From the NCBI GenBank assembly GCA_964016885.1, contig OZ024741.1, forward strand, positions 200,260,001 to 200,324,000: a stretch of DNA of 64,000 nt, read 5' to 3'. The stretch is from Eledone cirrhosa. Its lineage: Eukaryota. Below are positions 49,795-62,180 of this stretch, in pieces. The notes under the pieces were generated by a model that saw only the letters and a list, made by a program, of their open reading frames with translations, was not told the DNA's origin and ran no database searches. The first letter of the stretch is position 1. Every line of letters begins with the position of its first letter. Both the position numbers and the translations under genes were made by a program.

Positions 49795-51530
49795 ATGCTT
49801 TCGACAATAAGGAAGAGCAATTAGAGTCGTACAATATAGAGGAACAGTGGGTATTCCTGAAAGCTAACCTGCTGAAGGCGGCAGATGAAGTCTGTGGCTG
49901 GAGCGGGCCTATAGGCAGGAGGAGAGTAACGTGGTGGTGGAATAGTAAGGTGGAGGAGTCAATTAAGGCTAAAAAGCAGGCTTGGAAAGTATGGCGGGAT
50001 GGGGGAAGTAGAGAAGACTATCAAGTGGCCAGGAGGGAAGCTAGGAGACAAGTGTACTTCGCAAGAAGGGAAGCAGAGGAAAGAAAGTTCAAGCATGTTC
50101 TACAACGCGAGGACCAAAAACGTGAGGTGTTCAGGATTGCTAGGCAATGTGTCAAGGAAAACCGTGATATTGTCGGGGAGAAGTGTGTCCTTAATGATGA
50201 TGGCGTACTTGCCATCACTGACGCTGATAAGAAGGTAGCTTGGAAGTGTCACTACGAAAGGCTACTAAATGAGGAGAATAAATGGGAGAAAGACAGTCTC
50301 CCCCACATCAATCCAATAGAGGGACCAGCAGTGCTAGTTGAAGGTAGTAAGGCAATCAAAGATATGAAGAGGGGTAAGGCGGCTGGGCCTTCGGAAATAG
50401 TTGCTGAAATGCTGAAAACATCTGGAATGGTGGGACACACTATGGTCACCCGGATAGTAAACCAAGTCATACAGAATGGGGCCGTTCCGAAGGACTGGCG
50501 TAGCAGCATCATCATTAACTGCTACAAGATGCTCTTGATAGGGGTAACTATAGAGACATTAAATTAATCGACCAGGTCATGAAGGTCACAGAAAAAGTAA
50601 TAGCGCAACTAATCAGAGAGAGAATTGATCTAGATGAAATGCAGTTCGAGTTTGTACGACAACTACAAGAGAAGTACCTAGCTAAAAGTAAACCCCTATA
50701 CTTAGCTTTTGTTGACTTGGAGAAAGCCTTTGACAGAGTCCCCCGCTCCATTATCTGGTGGGCGCTTAGAAAACTAGGTGTTGATGAATGGCTTGTGAGA
50801 GCTATACAAGCCATATATAAAGAAACAGTCAGCAAGGTTAGAATTAACAAAGAATATAGTGAAGAGTTTAGCGTAAAAGTTGGTGTTCATCAGGGCTCCG
50901 TTCTTAGCCCCCTATTATTTATTATTGCCCTTCAGGCTATAACAGAGGAGTTCAAGTCCGGCTGCCCATGGGAACTCCTATATGCAGATGATCTAACGCT
51001 CATAGCTGAATCAATGGCTGAACTAGAGAAGAAATTCCAAACATGGAAGCATGGCCTAGAATCAAAAGGCCTTAAAGTTAACTTGTCCAAGACTAAAGTT
51101 CTAGTTTATAGGAAGGAAAATAGGGCACCGGTCCCATCTGGGAAATGGCCATGCTCAGTGTGTAGGAAAGGAGTAGGCAGAAACTCCATTTTATGTCCCA
51201 AATGCAAAGTATGGGTGCATAAAAGATGTAGTGGGATCACAGGTAAGCTAACTAAGAATATAGATTTTATATGTGGCCGGTGCTCTGGTGCAATAAGTAG
51301 CAGCAAATGCCCACAGAATACTAGCTCATTCCATTGCACAGATGGTTCTATAGAAATAGTGGACACCTTCCGTTACCTGGGTGACAAAATCAGCAGTGGG
51401 GGAGGGTGCTCTGAAAGTACAGTAGCTAGAGTCAGAACAGGATGGAAAAAGTTCAGAGAGCTTATACCACTACAGGACAACCCGTCTAACCCACGCTAGC
51501 ATGGCAGAACGGACGTAAAACGGTTATGAT
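49795..51530 (+). mobile_element. RTE-clade LINE with RT domain, internally deleted before the 3' tail
   Basis: AFVDLEKAFDRV, GVHQGSVLSPLLF, LLYADD, PHD-like finger. The sequence jumps at ~51472 to the last ~55 nt of the 3' UTR. Confidence 0.93.
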
Positions 51531-51850
51531 TAAGGATAGGTTGAGAGAAATACTGGGTATAAGAGGAATCAAGTGTAGTGTACAAGAGAGAAGACTGCAC
51601 TGGTATAGACATCTGATGCACATGGATGATGATTGTTAAGTAAAGAAGTGCCAGGACTTCCTAGTGGAAAGAAGATGCAATAGAAAAAGATCAAAGAAGA
51701 CCTGGGCAGAAATAGTGAGAGCAGATCTCAAAATGCTGAACCTCATACAGATGACAAAAGATTGTGCTGGAAAAGACTTGTTCAATCCATGTAAGCATGG
51801 AAAAGTGGACATAAAAGGATGGTGTTGATGATGATGATGATATATATATA

Positions 51851-52183
51851 TCATCATCATCATTTTACGTTCACCTTTCCCTGCTTCCAAGGGTGGGACG
51901 GGAACTGATTCTGGCTTGATTTCTACAGCTGGATGCCCTTCCTAACGCTAACCTCATTTACAGTGAGTGTTGGGTGCTTTTTTGCCGTGGCACCTCCACG
52001 ACCACTTTGCAGTGGAATGATATGGACCCCAGTCCCTATCATCTCATTTCTACAGCTGAGTGAACTGGAGCAATGTGAAATAAAGTGTCTTGCTCAAGGA
52101 AACAACACATCACCCGGTCTGAGAATTGAACTCACAACCTTTCGATTGCAATGTCAATGTTCTAACCACTAAGCCATGTGCCT
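51851..52183 (-). mobile_element. tRNA-derived CORE-type SINE (second copy)
   Basis: Near-identical to 16014-16396 but with one 50-bp module instead of two. Confidence 0.87.
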
Positions 52184-52501
52184 GCAGGGAAAAGCGGACG
52201 TAAAATGATGATGCTGATGATGCTATATACGTACACATATATATATATATGTGTGCATGTATGTATATATACATACTACTGTACGTCTGTATACATATAT
52301 GTATGTACGTATACATACTTATATTTAAGTAACAGCCGTACTAAGAGTGAGAAATTAAATTTCGTTTCATTTTTTCCATTTATCGTTTTCGGTGCGCCCG
52401 GTCGATTAACTCACTCGATATGCAAATTAGGCTGCTCAGCCGTTAATATGCATAAGAAAAGTATATACTTTCAGACGTTCAATCATTTGGCAGGAAGGTA
52501 T

Positions 52502-52544
52502 ACGTTGCTGACGATAGCTAATAAGCTTGAAACTAGTACAGCGT
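52502..52544 (+). ncRNA. Minimal type I hammerhead ribozyme motif
   Basis: ACGTTG-CTGACGA-TAGC-TAATAA-GCTT-GAAA-C-TA-GTA-CAGCGT: 6-bp stem I (one G.U), intact core, palindromic stem III (ACTAGT). Predicted cut after 52538. Confidence 0.8.
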
Positions 52545-52931
52545 TCCTTTGTCAGTGTTGAACAAATGAGCAACGATGGTTGTTAGACACTGTACGGCTT
52601 AATTCGGGATGTTTGTTTACAAACACACCGAGCATTATAATAAATGTTCGGTGAATCCATACGTACATATATATATGTGTGCATGTATGTATATATATAT
52701 ACATACTACTGTACGTTTGTATACATATATGTATGTACGTATACATACTTATATTTAAGTAACAGCAGTACTAAGAGTAAGAAATGAAATTCCATTTCAT
52801 TTTTTCCGTTTATCGTTCTCGGTGCGCCCGGCCGATTAACTCACTCGATATGCAAATTAGGCTGCTCAGCCGTTAATATACATAAGGAAAGTATATACTT
52901 TCAGACGTTCAATCATCTGGCAGGAAGGTAT

Positions 52932-52975
52932 ACGTTGCTTGACGATAGCTAATAAGCTTGAAACTAGTACAGCGT
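52932..52975 (+). ncRNA. Second hammerhead copy with a 1-nt insertion in the core
   Basis: Identical to 52502-52544 except that the core reads CTTGACGA. Confidence 0.65.
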
Positions 52976-53863
52976 TCCTTTGTCAGTGTTGAACAAATGA
53001 GCAACAATGGTTGCTAGACACTGTACGGCTTAATTCGGGATGTTTGTTTACAAACACACCGAGCATTATAATAAATGTTCGGTGAATCCATACGTACATA
53101 TATATATGTGTGCATGTATGTATATATATATATACATACTACTGTACGTCTGTATACATATATGTATGTACGTATACATACTTATATTTAAGTAACAGCC
53201 GTACTAAGAGTGAGAAATGAAATTTTGTTTCATTTTTTCCGTTTATATATATATGGAATAATGAGAGTCTATGGCTCCGTTAATTTATCGTGATATATAT
53301 ATATATATAATCACCACCACCACTTTACAGCATGGACTGGGTGCTTTTATTCGTGCCACCAGCACTAGAGAGCTTGTCTTACTGGACTCAGGGGCCCTCT
53401 CCACCCCATACTTTGGTATGGTTGTTAATGGCTGAACGCCACTTCCATTTCCTCCATTTTATAGCATGAGCCAGGTGCTTTTATTTGTGCCACCAGCACT
53501 AGGGAAGTCATTTTACTGGACTTAGGGGACTTTCCACACTGCACCAATTTATTCAGAGTGGTAGCTCTCCTAGACGGGTTGCCTACACTACAGCTTACAG
53601 AGCCTCCGTCTGCCCCGTGACTACTCTGAGCGGTGCTGGGCCCCTATTCATCTATATTAAGGTACTCTTATTAAATCTACATTTATCACATATATATAAA
53701 AATAAATTAAAGGTTAATTAGTCTCTAATACTTAATCATCTCAATGAGAGGAATCTCTCAGAGAATCAATTTTATATATTAAAATCTAGTGAGAAAAAAA
53801 TATTTATGGGAGTACAAAGATGGACAAAAAAAATATTCTATCTAAACTTGCTTATATATAGAT

Positions 53864-53942
53864 CTCCCTACCATGGTTTCACATGGGAAAGAAATCTTAT
53901 TGGAACTACCAATAATTAAATTGCCCATACTCTTCAGGGGAG
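53864..53942 (-). ncRNA. Type I hammerhead ribozyme motif (Penelope-type), sense to the ZFYVE1 pre-mRNA
   Basis: The minus strand reads CTCCC-CTGAAGA-GTATGGG...CCCATGT-GAAA-CCATG-GTA-GGGAG: perfect 5-bp stem I, 7-bp stem II (two G.U), palindromic stem III (ACCATGGT). Confidence 0.82.
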
Positions 53943-54454
53943 TTTTCATTCTTCAAGAGCTAAGAGAAATTGAACAAAATATCATACATACTGTTATATA
54001 TATATATATAAGTAGTTCCACAACAGTTAGTTCATCATACCGAAACAAATGTTTCACCTTATACGGATCTTCAGCTTGGTCTATATATATATCATCATCA
54101 TTTTAATGACCACTTTCCCTTCTAGCAAGTGTTAGACAGGACTACATTGACCAAGTCAGTACTGAAGTAGGGCTACTAATCTCTCAGACAGGCCAGGGAT
54201 CTGTGTCTCAGTTATGTATGGTCTAACATTCTACTGAGTGCACAGGAGAGGTTGTCATGCTTTTGAAGGTCCTCCCAACCCTTTGGTAAGTTTTCAACAG
54301 CTGGATGCCCTTCTTATCCCCAACCACTTTACAGCATGTACTCGGTGCGTTTATTGTGTAGATCTCCAACACTAAGGAGGCTGTCATGTCCTTGACATGA
54401 CTGAGGGTTCTTTCCAGCCCTTTGTGTGAGAGAGAGACTATAGAAGTTACTTAC

Positions 54455-54569
54455 ACCTGGCCAAATATGACTGACCATTACTTGTACAACTTGTTCAATA
54501 TCTTGATTACCATACCAATATTCATGGCTACGATAAATTATACCACAGTTTGGACATTCTAAAACATAT
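54455..54569 (-). CDS. ZFYVE1: ZFYVE1 coding exon
   Basis: 115 bp, AG/GT, phase 2-0. YVLECPNCGIIYRSHEYWYGNQD..HIWPG. Confidence 0.95.
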
Positions 54570-55277
54570 CTGAAACAAAATTAGATATAGATGTTTTAAA
54601 AGCAGAAACAGTTACAAAAACAAACGTACATGGATTAATTTATCACAATAACTCAAACAGAAAAGTGATGTATAACAAATAGAAAATAAATTTTAAATGT
54701 TCAGTTATCTTCATTTTGCATACTGTAACTCTTTCGTTACCACATTTCTGATGAAAAACACTGCCTATGATTTCAATAAATTTGAAAATAATCAACAATT
54801 TGAAGAGATTCAGTAAAATAACTAAGCATAATATTAATTTTGTATTTAGTGCATAACTTAAAGTTATTACTTGATAACATTACGGTGGATTGGCAGTATC
54901 GGTAGCGAGTCGGACGCCATGCTTTGCAGCATAGAGTTACGGCCCATTATGATCAGAGTTCAAATCCCGCCGAGGTTAACTTTGCCTTTCATCCTTACAG
55001 GGTCGATGAAATAAAGTACCAGTAATACACTGGGATAATTGTTGGCCTTGTGCCAAAAGTAGAAACAATTATTATTTTTAAATATGAATACTTTAATACA
55101 AGGAGTTTGTCATCATAAATTTGAAGTGGTTCTGAGTAGGTTAATATAAAAAGGTTTATGCTACTATTATCTATATCATATAAGCTTTATTGCTGAAATA
55201 TGTTGTTTTAAATTATGAAAGATTGACAACTTCGTTTACCATATTTAATTGCAATAATTTAGGAGAGAAAAACTTAC

Positions 55278-55378
55278 CCTGACCAAACATACTTAGCAAA
55301 ACCAAGCCAAGCATTATCTGATGATGCAGATGTTTTGGGGACAACAATGATATTTTTCCCACTTTTAAAATAACATTG
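55278..55378 (-). CDS. ZFYVE1: ZFYVE1 coding exon
   Basis: 101 bp, AG/GT, phase 0-2. QCY..VVPKTSASSDNAWLGFAKYVWSG. Confidence 0.95.
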
Positions 55379-55627
55379 CTGAAAGTAAATAAACAAAAAT
55401 AAATCTTTATAATAAAACAAGCGTCATGTGATAACCATTTTGTACTAGATTTGTTTGTGGAATGGTAATTTGATATTTTCTTCCCTATACAGTATTGACA
55501 AGCAGGTCAGTTGTCAAACTGCTATTATCTATAGCTATCTATCATTGGATAATAAAAAACACCTAACCATCTATCTGTCTGATCTTCCTAATTGTCAACA
55601 AAGCAATAAATAATAATAAAAAAACAA

Positions 55628-55658
<31 letters not shown>

Positions 55659-55901
55659 ATATATCTTTCTGATCTACCTATCTATCTACCTACCTACCTA
55701 CCTCTCTATCTGTCTGCCTGGCTGTCAATCTATATATCTAAGATTCAGTCATAACTTGTAATATACATTCTCTCTGGCACTGTATGCTTTTACATCATAA
55801 TATATGTGTGTATATGAATTTGAATATATATGCACACATTTTTATATATCTTTTCATATTGTTAGAAAGTGTCAAATTTTAATGAAGGCGGATGTACTTA
55901 C

Positions 55902-56016
55902 TTTACATAAATATACTTTATTCTCGTACTGATGTTGATACTGGCAATTTCTCCCCTTCTCTGTCTCATGAGGTACATGATCTAGTTCGTGGTTCATACT
56001 TCGAATACATCGGGTA
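55902..56016 (-). CDS. ZFYVE1: ZFYVE1 coding exon
   Basis: 115 bp, AG/GT, phase 2-0. CIRSMNH..VPHE..CQYQHQYENKVYLCK. Confidence 0.95.
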
Positions 56017-56849
56017 CTAAATTAAACAAAAAAGGAGGATAAGATATAGGTAAATTTAATAAAACTTAAGAATTATCAGAGTACTGGGAGTATTTGAAAT
56101 TGGAAAAAGTGAGAGTCCCAAATGCAGAAAATAAATTTAATAATAGTCGATTACTATAGATAATAGTTGAGAAAAATGAATAAATTACACTTAGAGACAG
56201 GAAAAAGTGAACAGAAGTGTCCCTACCCAATTTTTTTCAACTATTATTTATAGTGATCAACTGTTATTATAATTATTTTCTGAGTTTTGAGCTATCTCCT
56301 TTTCAAATTATAAGAGTAAAACTTTCACTGAGATAATTAAGCTCAGAAGTATTCAGATACTTTCATATTATATGTTTCCTGAAGATAAAGCATGTAACAT
56401 ATCATATAACAGTAGAAATTTAAAAAAAAAAAGGAAAAGGAAAAGAACCTACACGTCAGATTGGACCAAGGAAACTATATTTCCATTGACCTTTCTATTG
56501 TTGATACTATCTGCCAGTCACAATTCCTGGCAGAGAGAAGTGGAGACTTGAATTCAGAAAGCACAGAGCTAGATCACATACCACAAAGTCTTCTGGCCAA
56601 CTGTTTGACAATTCTGCCAATTCACCACCTTTAGACTTGTATTTTATTGATCAACCTCAAAAGGATGAAAGGCAAGGTTGACTTCAATGAGATTTGAACT
56701 AATAGCAAAGTGACTCGGAACAAGTACCACAACATTTAAATCCAACACCCTAATGACTGCCATATTCACTGTCATATGAACTACAAATTAAAAAGATACA
56801 AATTACTAAATGGACAAAACAATGAAGGAGACAGATATATGGTTCTTAC

Positions 56850-56947
56850 CTACAAGAAAGACATTTTGATGTACAAGTAAAGTACTGGTCTGGGAATGTG
56901 AGTGCATCTGGTTTCTCTATTTCTCCACTAAATTTACCATTCAGAAC
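56850..56947 (-). CDS. ZFYVE1: ZFYVE1 coding exon
   Basis: 98 bp, AG/GT, phase 0-2. VLNGKFSGEIE..FPDQYFTCTSKCLSC. Confidence 0.95.
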
Positions 56948-57898
56948 CTTCAGAAAAAGACAATATACAGAATATTGTGAACATGTAAGAAGTGTTTATT
57001 CAGCTGATAATTTTTATTACTCTTTCATTCACCCCAAAAGTTATGGCAGTTGAATACAGAACGTTAGGACACAGAGACAGACAAATAGATATACACACAC
57101 ATAGATTCAATGGCAAAACGAAATCAATATGGTGAATCCACTAAGATGTATGTATAAGTTGGTTATTTATAGACCATCATCATCATCATCAAAAGACACT
57201 AAGTAACTTGTTTCAGTTGATTTTTAATACATTTAGATACTAAAGATAATCAAGTCTTTTAAAGAATGCTCTATTAATAGGATACACAATTAAGCATACA
57301 GATCTAAATCAAAATTTTAAAAAATATATTTTAAAAAAAAGCTGCGATTATATATGAGAAGTCAATAAAACCTTGAATTATAGTGGACAAGTGTTTGGCA
57401 TTTATTGGAAACAAAGAAAAATATCTGCAACAGATTCAAAGAGTCCTCAGAGAGCAATTTTAAAATGTACTCAATCAAGATACCCTTAACATCAAGAAGA
57501 GAGTTAGAATGAAGTTGCAGACAGATAAAACTCAATATTTTATGATTTTTCTCTGTCATTTCAACTGCTAAACTCTTTCCACTACCATTCAAAATCTATA
57601 CAACTTCATACTTTCTGCTACTTTCTCTTTCCAAGCTTGATGGTGATACTGTCCGTTTTACTCTGTCATATCATCTGCTTACCTCTATCTACAACCCACA
57701 CATTTTGCTACTTTCTCTTTTATACTTCAAATTATTACATTTCATACGAAACGACAATTATTCAAAAGCAACAGATACATTTATTCAACAACAAGCGATA
57801 AATCTTTTTTAAAACCTCTTTTCCAAACACATACAAACACACACTCACTTCAACAACAACAACAACAATCTGCCTTTTATAGATAATGATAAACAATA

Positions 57899-58174
57899 AT
57901 ATCCTCTATGAGGTCACTAAACCTGCTAGAAACAGCAGCTAACTCTCCCCCATACCACACCCCTCCCTACTGTCTTAAATTTAGAAAACATATCTTCTAT
58001 GAGATCACTAAACCTGCTAGAAACAGCAGCTAACTCTCCTCCATATCACACCACTCCCTACTGTCTTAAATTTAGAAAACACATATCCTCTATGAGATCA
58101 CTAAACCTGCTAGAAACAACAGCTAACTCTCCCTCATATCACAACCCTCCCTACTGTCTTAAATTTAGAAAACA
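57899..58174. repeat. Tandem repeat, ~91-bp unit, 3 copies
   Basis: ATATCCTCTATGAGRTCACTAAACCTGCTAGAAAC..CTACTGTCTTAAATTTAGAAAAC occurs three times. Confidence 0.93.
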
Positions 58175-58179
58175 CACAG

Positions 58180-58754
58180 ACAACCATGCAGAACAACTCC
58201 ATCGCAGCTCTGTTGTTCGGCTGGCATCGTCTACACGCGTGTTGCGCAAGTACTGTGAAACAATACATTTCAACACTTTTTTGCACAGAGATAATATCCA
58301 TAGGCGAAACTACAATTGTCACTGCTGGCGCAGCTCCTGCTTCGGCAGTCCAGGTCTGCAATTCATTCACCCAGTGCCTGGCAGACAAAAAAGTGCTGCC
58401 ATAAAATGGGTGGTGCAACCTAACTTTGGTAACTTAATGACCCCGAGCAACGCTGGGCTTTAATGCTAGTCACTAATATTATCATTTGTTTCTTGTTTAT
58501 TTTTTGTTGCACTTTCAAAGTTAACGTGTATTGTCTTTAATCATTTGTATAACTACATCCTGTTCAGTGTTTTCCTTCATTATCAGCATAGTTTTATGTG
58601 TACAAAGATTGCATTAAATATTCGTTTGCATTAATTATTGAAGACTTCTGCTTATTTTGACAGGTTGGGGACAAATAATGTTCTTCTTTTACTTCCTAGC
58701 TGTATATTCTTAGCATAATTTCAAACCCCGAGCAACGGCGGGTAAATCTGCTAG
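58180..58754 (+). mobile_element. Helitron 3' region with two successive termini
   Basis: CCCGAGCAACGCTGGG..CTAG|T ends at 58469 and CCCGAGCAACGGCGGG..CTAG|T ends at 58754. Confidence 0.65.
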
Positions 58755-58839
58755 TATAACTATAAAATGAAACAATGTCCTTAGTTCAGTGATTGTCTTT
58801 GAGTGAGGCTTTAATGAACAACAATGTTAAGCAAATACA

Positions 58840-59130
58840 CATGGGTATAAGAGGAAGCAGATGTGTACAGGAGAGGAGACTGTGCTGGTATGGATAAGTG
58901 ATACATATGGATGATGATGATTGGGTGGAAAAGTGCCAAGAGACCCCAGTGAATGGAAGCTGTAGTAGAGGAAGATCAAAGGGCAGAGGTTATGAGAGCT
59001 GATTCCAAATCATTGAAGCTCACAGAAGAGATGATGAAGGACCACAATTAATGGAAGGATGCTGTGCTGGAAAATACCCATCCAACCCATATAAGGATGG
59101 AAAAGTGGATGTAAAAGGATAATGATGATG
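58840..59130 (+). mobile_element. Old RTE LINE 3' fragment
   Basis: Degenerate QERRLCWYG..GSCSRGRSK and an (ATG)n tail. Similar to 51535-51840. Confidence 0.65.
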
Positions 59131-59997
59131 TGTGTGTGTGTGTATGCATATAAAGAGGCGTAGCTTAGTAGTTAGAGGTGTTTCGCTCCTAATCATAAGT
59201 TCAACTCCCAGTGGCATGTATCTTTGAGCAAGTAATTTTGTTCCAATTCACACACCTAGCAAAAATGAGTTGTACCTGTAATTCAAAGAGCCAGCCTTCT
59301 CATAGCGTCATACCAAATCTCCATAAGAACTAGGTTAATGGTACACATGTCTTTGGAATGCTCAGTCACTTACATGTTTATTTCATGAGCAGCTTGTTCT
59401 ATAGATCAAATAACTGGAACATTCATTGTCAGAACCAATGAAGGTCCAACAACAGATATATATAGGGCAGGAGTGATCATATCAATAGTCCTTAACCTTA
59501 ACTTCAAGGATGCAATAAGGAAAAATAGTTATGCGACGTCTAGGGATATTTGTCATATGTATGTGTGTTGGAGGTGGGGTGTATATAAAATGATACTCTG
59601 TAGCATTACAGGAAACTAGAATCAGTATTGAAATTTGTTTTTAGTTCTAGGTGAGCCCTGATGAAGCAGACCCATGATCAAAAGTATTTACAGGTTAGTA
59701 GATTGAAGCCTACATCTTTATTCTAATCTGTCCTTCTCTTTTTTTTTTTTCTTTACAGAGTGTAAGTTGTGATATTAATGAAATTTGGCTGCTATGTCTA
59801 ACAAGTTGAGCAACTGAGTAAAGTTTCTCTTACAGTTAGTGTGATTATGACTGAAATGATGAAGGAAGAGGTAACTAGAATATCATCAACAGATAATACA
59901 TATTTGAAACCAAGGAAATATGTGGAAGATAGATGTTAAACGATGATGATGATGATGATGTGTGAAAGGGAGAGAGAGTGAAAGAGAATTGACTTAC

Positions 59998-60206
59998 TTT
60001 AAGAACTTTGAATATAATTTCTGGTTTTCTTGGTGACCTGATTGATCGATTATTCAATTGATCCTGTACAATTTTACGTAAAGTTCCAAAATCTGTTGGT
60101 GGCACCTGTGTTTGTATCCCCACATATTTCAAATCACTAAAACTTTCAAAACTGCAATCTAATTTCTTGAATCGTTCTCTCAGAGCCATTTCAATTGGAT
60201 TACCAT
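59998..60206 (-). CDS. ZFYVE1: ZFYVE1 coding exon
   Basis: 209 bp, AG/GT, phase 1-0. RERFKKL..PPTDF..RSPRKPEIIFKVLK. Confidence 0.95.
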
Positions 60207-61930
60207 CTAGATTAAAGGATGTAAAATAAGACTATATAAAGCTGTCAAAGATTATCTTAACAAAGTAGCAATGAGGGTTTCATACAGATAAAAAGAATGG
60301 TACACATTAAAATGTGTATACCAGGATGGAATAGAAAGCAGATAAGTTTGTCTGCTTGTCAGTCATGGAAACAGTCACAAGTAGCAACACAGCTAGACCA
60401 AAATTCATTAAGACTAAATTATTACTAAGACAATTTATCACACTAACGTTTCTTATATAAAATAGGCTAAACATTAAAATAATGTGGTTGAAGAGTTATG
60501 TTGAAGACATGCTGAACAGGGATTGTTCGTATTCACAGTTTTGATATAAGTAATGATAATATACTTCAATTATCAACTTTAAATTTTAATTTAGCCAATC
60601 AGCAGAATGTAATGAAGTAAAAGAGCAAGTGGAGAAATTTATAAGAGCTACAAGTTTTGTTTGTAGGAATTGTGTTCTAGTGGGTGGATTGGCAGTATCG
60701 GTAGAGGGTCTGACGCCATGCTTTACAGCACAGAGTTACGGCCCTTCGCGGTCTGAGTTCAAATTCTGCTGAGGTTAACCTTGCCCTTCATCCTTACGGG
60801 GGTCGATAAAATAAAGTACCAGTAATGCACTGGGATAATTGCTGGCCTTGTGCCAAAAGTAGAACCAATTATTACTCTAATCCATTGTTTTGGTTTTTTG
60901 TATATTTAGAATCCATCTGGGCTTCAGCTTATTAATATGCCATTTTGAATTGTAGTATGAATTTCAGCCCCTTGAAAGTAGTGGCCATACAATCATCAAT
61001 ACTATACATAAATTTAATTTAAAAAAAGGTCTAAAAAATTTAAATTTTACTTATCCAAATTTCTGAGAGAGGAATTATTATCATATCTAGCATAATTGGA
61101 CTAGCATCTTCAACTTGGTTATTATATTTACAATGATTTAGCTATTGTACCCTCTTGCCTTTTTGAGGCACAGATCATCTTTGGTAATTAATATTCACAG
61201 AATTTTGAACAAAATCTTTATTGAAACCACAGGTTAGATTGTTCTCATTCTTATACCTATGCCAAGAGTATTGTTGTAATAATTAGTTTGTGAGAAACAT
61301 TGTAAACCCATGGAGAGACAGAGTATTCAAGGATGGCTGATCATTTGTGGAGTAAAAAGAAGAATTAACAACACTTGTAGAACAAAGTGACAATAACAGA
61401 TAGAGAACAACACTGAAAGAACCAACACATATGTTTGGCTGTGATAACATACTCCATAGGCCTAGCATGAACACCATATGGACACCTCTAATTAAGAAAG
61501 AACATTAACTCTTTTGATACCAACCCGCCTAAAACCACCACTATTTCTATGAAACAAAACCATCCATTTTAATGGATTCCTACTTAAATTAAAACCTTCC
61601 AAAATAATTTTATATAAGAACATTTTATGTTACAAATACCATCTTAATGAAATTATAATTTTAGTCAATCTTTCTCATTAATTAAAATAAAAATTACTTC
61701 ATAAATAAAAAGTACTTCATAAGAAATACGCTAATAAAGCAGTAAACCTAAGTCCACAGTTAAAAAGAATGAGATAGTTAGGTTTAAAGCTCCTACATTT
61801 CAACATATAACTGTCATACACTACAATAGCACAATCAAGACAAACGTTTGCTTATTGGTAAATGTACTAAACGACCTGCTAGCCTTAAGTTAATGCCTTG
61901 GTTAGTATCTATAGATATACCCTAGTTTAA

Positions 61931-62180
61931 CCCTTTCATTACCAAATTTCTAATGAAATACACTGCCAATGTGTTTCAATTAATTTTTAAAATATCCAAA
62001 CATTTGGCAGAATTTAATAAAATTATGTTTTTCATCAGTAAGCTTATATCTAGAACATTACTTAACAAAACTTTCTAAAATAAAATTATGATGGAAGGTT
62101 TTAATAGGATAAACATTTAAAAACGAAGAGTTTTGTATCATAAATGCAGGGCAGTTTCAGGCAGTTTAGTATCAAAAGGG
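61931..62180. mobile_element. piggyBac-type MITE
   Basis: TTAA|CCCTTTC ... AAAAGGG|TTAA. Confidence 0.82.

Larger units (their letters stand above)
52227..53245 (+). repeat. Direct tandem repeat, ~431-bp unit, 2.4 copies, hammerhead-bearing
   Basis: Units start ATACGTAC at 52227, 52659 and 53090 and are near-identical. Confidence 0.95.

Noticed and set aside
57999-58463. 154-aa ORF
   Set aside because: It is built from a 91-bp tandem repeat plus Helitron sequence, antisense within an intron.
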